Assembly: GCF_006345805.1 (NCBI RefSeq)
Contig: NC_042998.1
Span: 31,496,001 to 31,560,000 of the forward strand
Length of the DNA: 64,000 nucleotides
Source of the DNA: Octopus sinensis
Lineage: Eukaryota
Reading direction: 5' to 3'
The notes under the pieces were generated by a model. That model was not told the DNA's origin. It did no database searches and saw only the letters and a program-made list of their open reading frames with translations. Both the position numbers and the translations under genes were made by a program. Shown here one piece after another: positions 24,542 to 37,422 of this stretch (its first letter is position 1; each line of letters begins with the position of its first letter).

Positions 24542-25076
24542 AGATGAATAATCTTGTAGTAGATTAATCAAAAGTTTAACCGATACCTTAGTAGCAAAAA
24601 TCACAGCAGTGAACAGCACGGTTGGAGGTACAACCATCTGGCGTTGCAACCGTGCGTTGGTGCGGATAATTGAAATTAAAACATTATTGGTGAATTGAAG
24701 AAATGGAGCTGAACGCAGATTGAACAGAAATCGTTTTATTTCATTCTACACGTGTTTCGAAAGGCACAAATTACCAAAATCCGATTGAATAATGGGACCA
24801 TATTGTGTCTTTCTCTTCAGGAAGAAAAAAGGAAATCCGTTGGAAAAACATGGGCTCTTAGGAGCACAGTTCGATTTGTTTTTTGCTCTGCCTCTGTTCT
24901 GTTTTTGTTTTTCCAACGGATTTCCTTTTTTCTTCCTGAAGAGAAAGACACAATACGGTCCCATTATTCAATCGGATTTTGGTAATTTGTGCCTTTCGAA
25001 ACACGTGTAGAATGAAATAAAACGATTTCTGTTCAATCTGCGTTCAGCTCCATTTCTTCAATTCACCAATAATGTT
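24542..25076. mobile_element. Hammerhead-bearing fold-back element, copy 1
   Basis: Arms 24680-24850 and 24906-25076 are 170/171 identical, with a 55-bp spacer and unique tail 24542-24679. Sits in (TA)n. Confidence 0.9.
24933..25012 (+). ncRNA. Type I hammerhead ribozyme motif (mirror copy on minus strand at 24744-24823)
   Basis: TTC-CTGAAGA-GAAAG(A)CACAA...TTGTG(C)CTTTC-GAAA-CACGTG-T-A-GAA: canonical core, GUA triplet, palindromic stem III. Confidence 0.75.
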
Positions 25077-25355
25077 ATATATATATATATATATATACAT
25101 ATCGTAAAGTTTGTTTATTGTATAGGCACTACTCAGAAGTGGTCAGATAAAGGACCCGAGATGCAAAGGTATATATAAATGCTAAGGAGAATTTCAGATA
25201 AGTTCAACAATTTTTACTACATATATTCTGCCACAGTTCAAGGCATATCAGTCTTTAAAATATACCACACACACACACATATATATAATACATACATACA
25301 TACACATATACATACATACATACATACATATACATACATACATACATATATATAT

Positions 25356-25404
<49 letters not shown>

Positions 25405-26337
25405 GAGAGAGAGATACATACATACATACATACACATATTTATGTATATGGCAGCCAAGCCTGGTTACAACCTATCCGTTGAAACATAAAAAATAAGAAT
25501 AAAAGAATGTGTGTGAATTACGTATGTTGTGAAGCTATTCCGAATTATGTACATGTATATGTAATAACGTGATAATTTTAATGTGTATATACCTATTTAT
25601 GTGCGTTGTGTCTCTATGTAATACATTGTGAATGTTCTCTTGGCGATAGCGTTAGGTATGAAATAGTGACAAGGAACGTTAAATGGAGGAAAGAGAAAAT
25701 CTTTAAAGTTTACTGGTCATGAACTAGATGCCGATAACATAAGTTATTTGCAATGTATAACGCAGAAAGTTTTCTTGTTCAGAATATATAATGACAAGCA
25801 TCAATTACCAGGGGAAGTTGTTGAGTCAAAGATAACCAGTTACAAATAGTCTTGATGTATATTGGAAGAACAGGAAATTCGTGACGCCATTTGAAACCCG
25901 TTGAAGAGTTTTGCAACTGTGGAGGTGACATTTACAATCGTAAATCAGTAAACCATAGACGATATTTGTTATTTTGTTTATTTCTGCTACTAAATCTTTC
26001 AAGAATCGCAGCTTGTCTAGTCGATAGATTATTGGTATGAAGGATAAAATATTTAAGGTTCTTATCCCATGAACGGGGTATGCAGTCGATCAATACGTAG
26101 ATAGATGCAATGAATGGAGGGTATCAAATCAGACATAATGAATAAAATATAATTAAGAAGGTCTTCTAGCTTGTATTTCTGAAATTATATCAAACAATGG
26201 ACGCAACGAGATGATAATTAATTTTAGTTAGTAAATTTAGACTAGACACACTAAAATAATGTGTTACTTTATTTCTGATAATCAAAAGCTTGATTTATTA
26301 GTTCCCTACTGCTAGTAATTTACTCTTTTATCTTTCA

Positions 26338-26614
26338 CTAGCAGTATCGCCCGGCGTTGCTCGGGTTTGTAAGGGAAATAACTATATAAGCATTTTAGAG
26401 AGTTACTTCCCTTATATAATAGCAAAAAAAAAATGCATTAAAAATGGGCAAAAATGATGGTAATTTTTTTTTAAATCGTAGACTCAGAAGGGCTCGAGAT
26501 GAATCACGACTATAAGATACCCACTTTTGGTTAAACTGCACCGCAAAATGTGGGAGTAATTAGGAATCTAAATCGTAGAAGACAGACACACAACTTCACT
26601 TTTATATATAAAGA
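26338..26614 (-). mobile_element. Non-autonomous Helitron (different body)
   Basis: Minus strand A|TC...CCCGAGCAACGCCGGG...CTAG|T. Confidence 0.85.
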
Positions 26615-27148
26615 TGTCTCATTTTAATATCATTTTAAGGCCAGCAATTTTATAGATCAGTCACATAATTCTACTCATCGTTTTTAACTATACATGTCAT
26701 GCTCAAAATTCTTTTCTTTTGTGCTACTTAGGGAAAATATTAATGATAGAGTTTCCATGTTGCCATGATCGAAGTGTTTCATTTTACTGTTCGGAAAGCA
26801 CATGATTCTTCTTGTTGCTTTCAATTGGCTAGTGCTTAATGGTGAACCAAAATGAAAACAATAAATAAATGAAACTCCTTTCCATCATTTCTATGCAGTA
26901 CAGTTTAGATAAATAAAAGCAATTTCATATGTTCAATTATCTATACACTCATTTTGGATACTCGGTGCTGGTCACATTGAAGCGCATCTATAGCCAGCGA
27001 CCAACGATTGCGCGGTATAGTCGGAGTCTTTGGATGTTGCTGTGTTCGATAAGAATCCACTTAGGTGAAAACAACAAAAATAATATCAATAATAACGACA
27101 CCAACTGATACTGGCAAAATACTCTTAAATATATTAAGACCACAGTTT

Positions 27149-27443
27149 GTGGAGGCACATGGCCTAGCGGTTAGAGCAGCGGACTCGCGGTCGGGAGATC
27201 GCGGGCTCGAATCTCAGACCGAGCGATGTGTGTGTTTATGAGCGAAACACCTAAGCTCCACGCGGCTCCGACAGAAGGTAATGGCGAACTTCTGCTGACT
27301 CTTTCGCTACAACTTTCCCTCACTCTTTCCTCTTGCAGCTCACCTGCGACGGACCGGCGTCCCATCCATGTGGGGAACCTATACGCCACGGAGACCGGGA
27401 AACCGGCCCTTATGAGCCAGGCATAGCTCGAGAAGGAACAAAC
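27149..27443 (+). mobile_element. tRNA-derived SINE (family B head, alternative 3' body)
   Basis: tRNA-like head. Perfect 12-bp TSD AGACCACAGTTT at 27137-27148 and 27444-27455. Confidence 0.9.
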
Positions 27444-27942
27444 AGACCACAGTTTCACTTTTACAAAATATTAATCTTCGAAGATATTTTTTTTATTTTC
27501 GTTCTTTATTGTTACTATATTTGAGACAGTTATGTATATGCATTCAGATTGAAAATAAAATCAAATATCTTTATTGCATGCCAGCATCAAATGCTGCTCG
27601 TATCATAATCTTGTTATATTTGAATCACATCTAAATACGTAACGTTGACCTACTGGCAATTACTGATAATCACACAAATTTATAAAAGAAACCAGCCTGT
27701 ATTAACTCGATGAAAAATCTCAGAGCTCTGCAGACCGTTTGAAGAGGATTTATGCATTTAAAAAGAAACAAAAAAAAGAAGAAAAAAAAGAAAAAAGAAG
27801 CTATAGCAGAATGATAGATCAAATCTATCACTGGATTTCGAAAAAAAAAAAGAAAAAACGAATCTGCTGAATGTTTACACGTCAGATTTTTCTTTGCGTG
27901 TGTACTTTATTTACTGTTGCTATTAATACAGAACAAATTTAC

Positions 27943-28012
27943 CTGTAACATTTACACAGAAAAAAATATTTTGTATAGCTATGTGGTCGAGATTTGATAG
28001 CGTTACAGAAAC
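27943..28012 (-). other. Candidate 70-nt exon
   Basis: TAG| VSVTLSNLDHIAIQNIFFCVNVT CAG|GTAAAT; weak polypyrimidine tract. Confidence 0.2.
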
Positions 28013-28946
28013 CTACATTTCATAACAATAAGTCTATTGAGAAGCAGTTTTATTAAGGAAACGATATTATGGTATTGAAGGGAAACAATTTAAAAATAAA
28101 TAAATAAATGACTTGTTCAGCACGATACTTGAGATGGAATTGGGATACAGAAAGAAGCAAAAAAGACAGAAGCCGAAGAAACAAATGAAAATAAAAAATA
28201 AAAAGACTACTTAAGTGGTTTTCCTGAACATTAGAAATCTATTTCAAAGTATCATTGTTGAAAATCGTGGATAAAAGATTAGATCATAATTTCTGAACTA
28301 ACTTTCAGAAGTGATAAATGAAACTGAAGACACTTAAAGTTGCTGATATATAAAGTTACACGTTATAAAAATTTATCTATATTTTAAAATTTCCAATGAA
28401 TACTTTTGTATTCATTTAAGAAATTCTTCATTGATCATAGAGTGCATAAAATTTACTTCCTTTTCATTGTTGCATTACTTTTGTAATACAACAGTAATGT
28501 GTAGAGCTAACCAATGCGGAATGTGAGTGTATTTGCTCTACGACTGTTCCTGTGTCAGATAACATCCTGCAGTGTTATGTTCTGAATGAAACTTGGATGA
28601 GTGACGGCAGCAACTCCTCAAGATGAGATATTAAAAAATTATTTTTTACAAATACGCAGTGAAATAGTAGATGAGAAAACAATGGAAAATGACACTAATA
28701 TAGTCTACATAATTATAAAGCTAACTAGATAGCTTCTAAAGAATCAGTAAACCTGCTAGAAATATCTTCTGATTCTCTTTCAAATAATATTGCATCTTAA
28801 AAAGTAACGTCATATTGCATAATGAAATTTTACGTATCATACAGCTTTCAAAAATAGTGTATGAAATGGTCACAGCTTGAATGTCTTTGGTCATAGGTAC
28901 GAAGATTAAACACAGTACTAAACAAATATAAATATTATATACTCAG

Positions 28947-29066
28947 TACTTATGTGGATTGCTCTGGATGTCCTGACTCAAGATCCAATCTGTTTGCAGA
29001 AAATGATCAACAAATGACAAACCAAAAAAGCAACGCACAACGTAAACTGAAATTAGGAAGAAAAAG
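28947..29066 (+). other. Candidate 120-nt exon
   Basis: CTCAG| TYVDCSGCPDSRSNLFAENDQQMTNQKSNAQRKLKLGRK AG|GTGAAT. Confidence 0.25.
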
Positions 29067-29311
29067 GTGAATGCATGAATTAAGATGATTTTGCTAATGG
29101 TTTATTGCAAGACATAACGTATATATTTGGAGATCACTTCCAGTTATAGGTGCTCAATCCAAAACACAGATGGGATCCAGAAATAAAACAAAACAGTTTC
29201 AGTGAAATTCAGGAGCTTGAAACTGTGAAAGCGCATCAGAGAGACTTTTATCAAGGAATATGCTTAATCCGACATACATGTGTGTATGTGTGTGTAATCT
29301 GAAAATACGTT

Positions 29312-29354
<43 letters not shown>

Positions 29355-29389
29355 TATATATACATGTGTGTGTGTGTGTGTATACTTGT

Positions 29390-29447
<58 letters not shown>

Positions 29448-29537
29448 TTTAGGGTAGCAAAAAAACTCTAGAAAACTTCTCCGCTACCAGTGGTCTAACG
29501 AGAAGGAAAAAATAGTCAATAGGCTATATAATATACA

Positions 29538-29653
29538 TTGAAACACATAAGAGATGACCATAATAGGACATCCGACTGACTAGAAAGCGTTTGGAGTTTA
29601 ACTGCTCTTTCTAGTGAGTCAGATGTCCTATTATGGCCATCTCATGTGTTTAA
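29538..29653. repeat. Imperfect fold-back next to (TA)n
   Basis: AAACACATAAGAGATGACCATAATAGGACATCCGACTGACTAGAAAG versus its diverged reverse complement. Confidence 0.8.
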
Positions 29654-30484
29654 ATATATATATATATATATACATATATTACAGACTGACACGCAGGTAT
29701 ACTTACATACAAACTCAATAACAATGACAGAGTAAAGCGCAGTGTACTGGAAACGATTCGATTTATTATATGATTATTGTGGCCTACCCGAAGGTCTGAA
29801 ATATAAAGCGGAATTTAGTGTGGTGTAAGTCTTTTCTTTGGAATTTTAAAAACCAAACAACCTAATAATAATAATAATAATTATTATTATTATTTCTCGC
29901 CTTGGCTGCTCTATTGTATCTTCAAGTCAGTTCCCTGGAACGGATAAGTGAGATATAAAAACGAATTGTTTTATAATTTCCTTTCATTTTATTTCCTTTT
30001 TAAAATTATGTATCTATATTTAGGCTGCTTACATTGAGAATATTTCTAAAATATCTTTGACGCTATTTAAAATAAAATTACGTTGTCCAATTCTATTACG
30101 ATCAAGCGATTAATGTTACTGCTGATGCAGTATAACTATTCAGAAAAATTGTTTTAACATCTAAAGTTTTCAGCATTTACGATTTATTGTCTGCAACGTT
30201 AATATCTTTCACAAAACATCCGTTATTCTTATAAGTACAAAATAGCATTTAAGTAAAAGTTGTAAAAACAAAATGTTTTATATTTAAAGAGATGTTTTTA
30301 TGAGTAAACTAATTGAACGTGGTCTAATAGGCCGCAATTATAGATAGTAATATCTTACAAAATTGTGTTTATTTTCTTGCCTAATTGGTTGATTTTTTTA
30401 ACTTTTGAAATTAAATATTCATAATTCTAAAAGGTTGAGCCAAGCTACTAATTTTAGCATCTATCATTCTCAACATTTAATAGT

Positions 30485-30543
<59 letters not shown>

Positions 30544-30556
30544 CACACACAGAGAA

Positions 30557-30587
<31 letters not shown>

Positions 30588-30750
30588 CAAACAGGCAAAG
30601 AGAGAAAGAAAGGCAATGAAATCTTGGGTTTTAATGCACAATATATATATATACATACATGTAAAAAGAGGATGAAACTCAAAATTTTTAGATGATAAAT
30701 AATCAAGAATATATATATATATGTATATAGACATATACATATACATATTC

Positions 30751-30803
30751 TGAGCTGATGATAGAAATGTCGAGTTTGACTAATCTTGAAACGTACGTTC
30801 TCA
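30751..30803 (+). ncRNA. Type I hammerhead motif (5' copy)
   Basis: TGAG-CTGATGA-TAGA..GTC..GAC..TCTT-GAAA-CGTACG-T-T-CTCA; predicted cleavage after 30799. Confidence 0.7.
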
Positions 30804-31311
30804 AATAACCTTTGCATTTGATTTTTTAATGTCTCTACCCCCCATACTTTCGTGAGTTGAATTGAGCAAACACTATATGAGAGAGGTTTTCTTTAAGTAT
30901 TAGAAATAGTTTTATAAGTGTTTTTTTTAGCTGCTATTTCTAATGAGTTCAGTATGCGGCAAAGTAATTTATTTTACTAAGCCCTTTTATATAATGTAAT
31001 AATTTGAATTCGCCTTAAATGGTCCCTTTGCATACTGAACACTTGGTGAAATTGATTAATTAATTAATTTTACCCTCAATTGTTGAAATTATAATTCATC
31101 TCTCTCTATTTAAATGCCTCGGATTTTACCGAAAAAAGCATAGTGTTTACTGATTTTAACCCACGCTGGTGGAAAGGGGAGAGCAGAAATTCTTCGCTTG
31201 CATATTTGAGTTTGTTGGCACTGTTAGTTACGAGCGGATCTTCAGAAGCGATAAGAGGCCGAAGGGGTATGCTCCCACTTTCAGTGTTTTCAAATCCAAA
31301 CCAGGGAGTTC

Positions 31312-31364
31312 TGAGCTGATGATAGAAATGTCGAGTTTGACTAATCTTGAAATGTACGTTCTCA
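31312..31364 (+). ncRNA. Type I hammerhead motif (3' copy)
   Basis: Same as the 5' copy but stem III is ATGTACGT; predicted cleavage after 31360. Confidence 0.7.
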
Positions 31365-31650
31365 AATAACCTTTGCATTTGATTTTTTAATGTCTCTACC
31401 CCCCATACTTTCGTGAGTTGAATTGAGCAAACACTATATGAGAGAGGTTTTCTTTAAGTATTAGAAATAGTTTTATAAATGTTTTTTTTAGCTGCTATTT
31501 CTAAGGAGTTCAGTATGCGGCAAAGTAATTTATTTTACTAAGCCCTTTTATATAATGTAATAATTTGAATTCGCCTTAAATGATCCCTTTGCATACTGAA
31601 CACTTGGTGAAATTGATTAATTAATTAATTTTACCCTCAATTGTTGAAAT

Positions 31651-31681
<31 letters not shown>

Positions 31682-31698
31682 TATATATATATAAGTGT

Positions 31699-31737
<39 letters not shown>

Positions 31738-32441
31738 TGTGTGTGTGTATTTGAGTATTTTGAGTATCTTTTCTCTTTTTCTATGTATATATATATGTTT
31801 TGTACGTTAAAACTCAGAGTTTTATCTGTTTATTTCAATTATTGTCTGCTCACATGCATTCCCCTCGTTGCCACTCTTTGCCCTGCTCACTTGGTCCTTG
31901 ATGAAATAGCGTTAGCAAGTGTTTTCTATATATCGCCCTCGACAGGAAATCCTTCCACAAAGTAAAGAAAGGCTAGAAGAGAGACCAGGTTGAACGGATA
32001 ATTATACGGATAAATAAATTAGACACATCAAATATTCTAAATATACTAAATACATCGAATACAAAATATGTATATATGTATACATGCCTTCCGAGGCAAC
32101 TGTTTTGCTATTATGCCATTTCATCGTTTAGTGTAACTCGATCGATTGCGATGAAGTGTCCTTACACACGCACACAGTCACACAGACACAAACACACAGA
32201 CACACAGACACACACACACACTCACACACAGGCACAGGCGTTGCTGTATTGTAAGAAGTTTGATTCCGCATTTTATGGCTTCCGGTTCAGTCCCAGTGCA
32301 TGGTAACTTGGGCCGGTATCTTCTCCTATAGCCTCGGACCGGCGAAAGACTTGCGAGTGGATTTGGTGGACGGAAACAGAAAGAAGCCCATCGTATATGT
32401 ATGTATGTATGTATGTATGTATCTATCTATCTATCTGTCTC

Positions 32442-32476
<35 letters not shown>

Positions 32477-32521
32477 GCATATAAGCAGATTCGCATATTT
32501 TGTTGTATTCTCAGGCATATA

Positions 32522-32754
32522 TATTTCTTTACTGCCCACAAGGGGCTAAACATAGAGGGGACAAACAAGGACAGACAAAGGGTTTAAGTCGATTACATCG
32601 ACTCCAGTGCATAACTGGTACTTTATTTATCGACCCCGAAAGGATGAAAGGGAAAGTCGATCTCGGCGGAATTTGAACTCAGAACGTAACGGAAGACGAA
32701 ATACGGGTACGCATTTCGCCCGGCGTGCTAACGCTTCTGCCAGCTCACCGCCTT
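32522..32754 (-). mobile_element. SINE family A
   Basis: Full-length reverse complement of the family A consensus. Confidence 0.9.
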
Positions 32755-32844
32755 CTCAGGCATATAGTTACATATATAGACATGTTCATGTATATTTAAA
32801 TGATAAACTTCTGGTAAGTTTTACAAATTTTTAGTTCCAGTGAT

Positions 32845-33290
32845 GGATTAGATCTGTAGTCTTCCAATCAGCCATCTCTGTTTTGAAGAGCCTAATTTCC
32901 CAAGACTGCTATTTAGGCAGTGTGTTGCATATCCCAGTGCTCCAATAATTACAGGTATAAACCTGAATTTGATGGTGTTTATAACAACTCGATAGTGCGA
33001 CAGTAAATTACTCAATCGTTCAGCGTAGGTATTCTCTTTTTCACTGATCTTCAGCTTTATGTTAATATCCGCTGCTTTCCACAACTGTACACAGTTTCTC
33101 TTCCCTATGCCAAATCATTATATCAAATCTATTGTGTTTACATTTTATTGAGGTTTTTACTGGGACTTTCCACCTCTGCTCCTTTTTATTATAAGTGGCT
33201 ATGGCTTCCACCATACTGTGCATTCTGACTTCTTTTTCCTTGGGGATACCCTTTCGACAGACCTCGTTATAGAGTTCCTAGGTACAACAT
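32845..33290 (-). mobile_element. Decayed RLE-type LINE 3' end (second family)
   Basis: AADINIKLKISEKENTYAE...FRFIPVIIGALGY...LGKLG. Confidence 0.75.
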
Positions 33291-33974
33291 CATGTCTCAT
33301 CGGTAGATATGTATGAATAATCACATGTCTGTGTGTGTGTATGCGTATGTATATGTATTTGTGCATGTATGTATATATTTATATATACATGTGTATGTAT
33401 ATGTGTATGTATGTATAGTGGAGGCGCACTGGCCCACTGGTTAAGGCAGCAGACTCGCGTTTGTAGGATCGCAGTTTTGATTCCCAGATCGAGCACTGTA
33501 AATGTTTATTGAGCAAAAGCACCTAAAGCTCCACGAGGCTCGCGCAGGGGGTGGGTGGTGGCGAACTCTACTGTACTCTTTCACCATAACTTTCATTCTT
33601 TCTCCCAGTTTCTGTTGTACCTGTATTTCAAAGGGCTAGAAATACCCAAGCCGTATGAAACCTAACTTGGTCACCGGTGTCTTTTGCCTAGATCGGTTAG
33701 CTATTCTGAACCAGCGTCCATATGAACCTAGAGTTTTGTTGCTGGGATTTTGCTGCCAACCACTCATACAAAGTTGCATACAATTGAAAGTGCGCCACCA
33801 CCCCGTAGTATAGCAATATACGAAAGTAGAGTCTATTTTCAAAATATGTAATAATTTATGACTACCAAATTATTGTATAGGGAGAAAAAGCAAAGAAAGA
33901 CACTACTATTTTATATTTTACTCTCATTAGTAAAGATTTCGTAATTTCTTCCAAACTTACCACAACCCACCAAC

Positions 33975-34097
33975 TTGTATGTATGTATGTATGTATGTAT
34001 GTATGTATGTATGTATGTATGTATGTATGTATGTATGTGTGTATGTATGTATGTATGTATGTGTGTGTGTGTGCGTGCATGTATGTACACATGCATG

Positions 34098-34144
<47 letters not shown>

Positions 34145-34151
34145 GTATATA

Positions 34152-34199
<48 letters not shown>

Positions 34200-34216
34200 A
34201 ATATATATATATGTAC

Positions 34217-34311
<95 letters not shown>
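33975..34311. repeat. (TATG)n/(TA)n compound microsatellite
   Basis: Directly visible; source of several spurious ORFs. Confidence 0.95.
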
Positions 34312-34313
<2 letters not shown>

Positions 34314-35155
34314 GATCCACTTTGGAAGGGAGGACGCTCTGAAACTCCCATACTCTCTTCCTTCTGGAGAAATTCTCATGGCATCCAACAACATCAGAGA
34401 CCTGGGAGTAACAGTGGACAACAACATAAGCTGGGCTACACATAGAAGCAGCAAAGTTGACATGGCCCGCAGAATGTGTTCCTGGATTCTCAGAACCTTC
34501 CAGTCGAGAGATTCCCACGCTATTATCCTTCTCTTCTCCACTTTTGCCCGACCCCACCTTGAATACTGCTGTCCACTGTGGTCTCCCTACACAAAACAAA
34601 ATATTATGAGAATTGAAGCTCCCCAAAGGTCAATCACAAAAAAGATAGATGGCATGTCAGACCTTGACTACTGGGGTAGACTAGAGAAGCTGAAATTGTA
34701 TTCACTCCAACGACGCCGTGAACGCTACATTATCTGTATGATGTGGAAAATATTCCATCAGCACTGTCCGAATGATGTTGGCATCACCTTCAAAATGCAT
34801 CCAAGGCTTGGACCACGTGCCATCCGTCCACAACAAAAATCTAAATCGCATCACATAACGACAATACGGCACAACTATTTCACCTCAATTGGACCCGCTC
34901 TCTTCAACATTACACCAGGACACGTCAAAAAAGAAACTGACCACACAAAATTCAAGAAGTCTTTGGACAAATTCCTTCAAACAGTACCGGACAAACCATC
35001 CACACCCGGATATGTCTCCGCAAACAATAACTCTCTGCTCGAATGGGCCTTGGTGCCCAAATCCTGAACTGAAAGACTTCGCCAGGTGGTGCTATTAAGT
35101 TAGACATGGCCTGGGCCAATACTGGCCAAAAACCTTTCTAAGTTATTCTAAGTTA
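34312..35155 (+). mobile_element. CR1-type LINE, 5'-truncated, with intact C-terminal RT-associated ORF (34312-35067)
   Basis: About 250 uninterrupted codons with [21 protein letters not shown] and [20 protein letters not shown]. 3' tail (TTCTAAGTTA)2. Confidence 0.92.
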
Positions 35156-36529
35156 TATACATATACATATCTGTGTGCATGTGTGCGTGTATGTTTATTT
35201 GTGTATACATACAACATACATGACTATGAGAGCCGGCATCTCTCATCTAGTTAATCGAATTTCGAGTTCTTGAACATCACACCGATGATCGGGTACGATT
35301 TCTTTAAATTTCAACAATATCCAGGCTTATAAATCTTCGTAAACTTCTATAACCAATGTAACTTTATATCCGAGTAATAGAATTCATCTAACAAGAATAT
35401 TATGCGTAATTCCGAAAGAAAATGTTTTTTCTTTTCATATCTTCAGAATAAAACATTATTCATAGATAACATAATAGCACCACAGCATGCACAAATGCAT
35501 ATATAAACATACGCGTGCACATATATGCACATATATATCATACGTGCATGCGTATATATCGATTTGTGTGCAATGATGTTACAGCCTCATACATAGCTTT
35601 TACCTTCCACTGGAAAACTATAAAGACAGGAGGAAAAATCTACTGCTGTAGTTATGTTTGCTGTCACTTGGATACCTATTTTGATCGATATAACTGATAA
35701 AATATGCGTGAGCACATTAGTTATCCTTGTTATTTGTCTTAATTTTTTTATTGCTAATGTTTAGATGTCGGATGCTCTATAAAAGTACAATAAATATTTT
35801 CCTATGAAAGAGAAGTGCCATTTAAAAGCGGAATATCTAATGTGCACACGCTGTTTCAAAGAATGTGCCAGTAAAACCGTTTCACCTAGTTTGGAGCTGG
35901 TGCTCTGTCTATAGAAAGAAAGATATGCTTGTGGTAAGCTGAAACCACAACACCGCTTCAATTACCAACTGCAGCCATTATCCTTAATTTCAGCCGCAGA
36001 TGCTCTAAGATAACTGCATAAAAGTTACTACAACCATTCTCAACTCTCTTAAAGCAGACAGTTTTCCCAGAAATAATAAAATAAACTAACGAAAGAGTGA
36101 GAGCTGATTGTGTAACATTTAGTATCTTAGCATTAAAAGAAATTGGGAAAGCTAAAATACATATGAATATAAATTGTCAGTGTAGAAATTCACCCATTTA
36201 GGTATATGACATATTTGACATTGATAATAATCTATTGCACTAAAATTAGAAATCAATATTTATTATTGAATGTAATGTAGGACAAGAGAATGTAGAAAGA
36301 AAATACGAGAGTGGTTCGGCACGGTTTTACCTACATCACTCTCAATGCTGTGTTCAAATCAATCGGGAGACGACTTTGTGTTTTTTAATTCCTGGGTTGA
36401 TAAAATAATTTTAAGACAGTCAGTTGGCGGAGGCGTTGTAGAGTCAAACAGATTGCTTTGTGGAAAACCTTTCCGGCTCTCTGCGGTGTGAGTTTAGATG
36501 TTGCTTTTCCTCCTTTCGGCGTCCATAAA

Positions 36530-36924
36530 TCTCTCTATCTCTCTATATATATAAAGCTGAAGTTGTCTGTGTATGGCAAATTTGGTAACCTTCAACTACC
36601 TCCGAGACTCTGCGGCGCAAGTTGACCAAAATTGAAAGTATGATAGAAGAACGCTTGCTCTTCCTTTCGCAGAAGTAAAGATTCAAATCGAACCATGTTA
36701 ACACCAAACATTATTTACATCAAAAAGGTGCTTTTTTTTTCTATGAAAATCCCTATTTTTTACGATTTCTTGACTGCTGTGTCGCCATTTTTCGGTGTAT
36801 TTCAACCAGAAAAATGTTCACTTAAAGAAAATAACGAGCTACATAATGCAAATTTTTTACTTTTCAAAAATTCCAATTTTAAAGGGTTGAAACAAACCCG
36901 AGTAACGCCGGGCGATACTGCTAG
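36530..36924 (+). mobile_element. Non-autonomous Helitron
   Basis: A|TC start, CCCGAGTAACGCCGGG hairpin, CTAG|T end. Confidence 0.85.
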
Positions 36925-37197
36925 TAAAATAATAAAATACCAGTCTTGTATTAGAGTTGATCATGACCTCACATTTACTCAGTCTTTATTTCTGTGTTCC
37001 TCCCTTTCACAGAGAAATCGGCTGCGGTCAGATGCGAAGAGGGCTTTACAGGGGGTCATGCCTGAGACTCACCGTATATGTTACCACAGTGCGTCTACGA
37101 CTCCATCTCAGTGTAGTGGACCCAAACCAAGGCAAGATAAGCAGAAGATTTTCACGTAGAATTTGGTGGCTCTTGGACCCGGTGAAGTAGTTAACAC

Positions 37198-37422
37198 TTT
37201 ATTTCTTTACTACCCACAAGGGGCTAAACAAAGAGAGGACAAACAAGGACAGATAAACGGATTAAGTCGATTATATCGACCCCAGTGCTGGTACTTAATT
37301 TATCGACCCCGAAAGGATGAAAGACAAAGTCGGCCTTGGCGGAATTCGAACTCAGAACTCAGAACGGCAGACGAAATACGGCTACGCATTTCGCCCGGCA
37401 TGCTAACGGTTCTGCCAGCTCG
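37198..37422 (-). mobile_element. SINE family A nested in an older plus-strand SINE
   Basis: 19-bp TSD CCGGTG(A/G)AGTAGTTAACAC at 37179-37197 and 37423-37441. The host SINE continues to about 37550. Confidence 0.9.

Larger units (their letters stand above)
30748..31654 (+). mobile_element. Retrozyme-like element: two 346-bp direct repeats, each starting with a hammerhead; 561-nt period
   Basis: Repeats 30748-31093 and 31309-31654 (4 substitutions), unique core 31094-31308, TA-rich flanks. Confidence 0.85.

Noticed and set aside
24746-25010. Mirror-image ORFs on both strands (also 30470/31106)
   Set aside because: A consequence of the palindrome or direct repeat.
27149-27225. tRNA-Arg-like sequence (also 1545-1620 and 33420-33495)
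   Set aside because: SINE heads continuous with SINE bodies and TSDs; no intact acceptor stem.
33862-34445. Long overlapping ORFs rich in YI/VCMY/HTYI (also near 4.0, 5.4-5.9, 14.2, 15.0, 25.2, 30.4, 42.1-42.6, 55.7 and 62.7 kb)
   Set aside because: Translations of (TA)n, (TATG)n, (CA)n and (TATC)n microsatellites.
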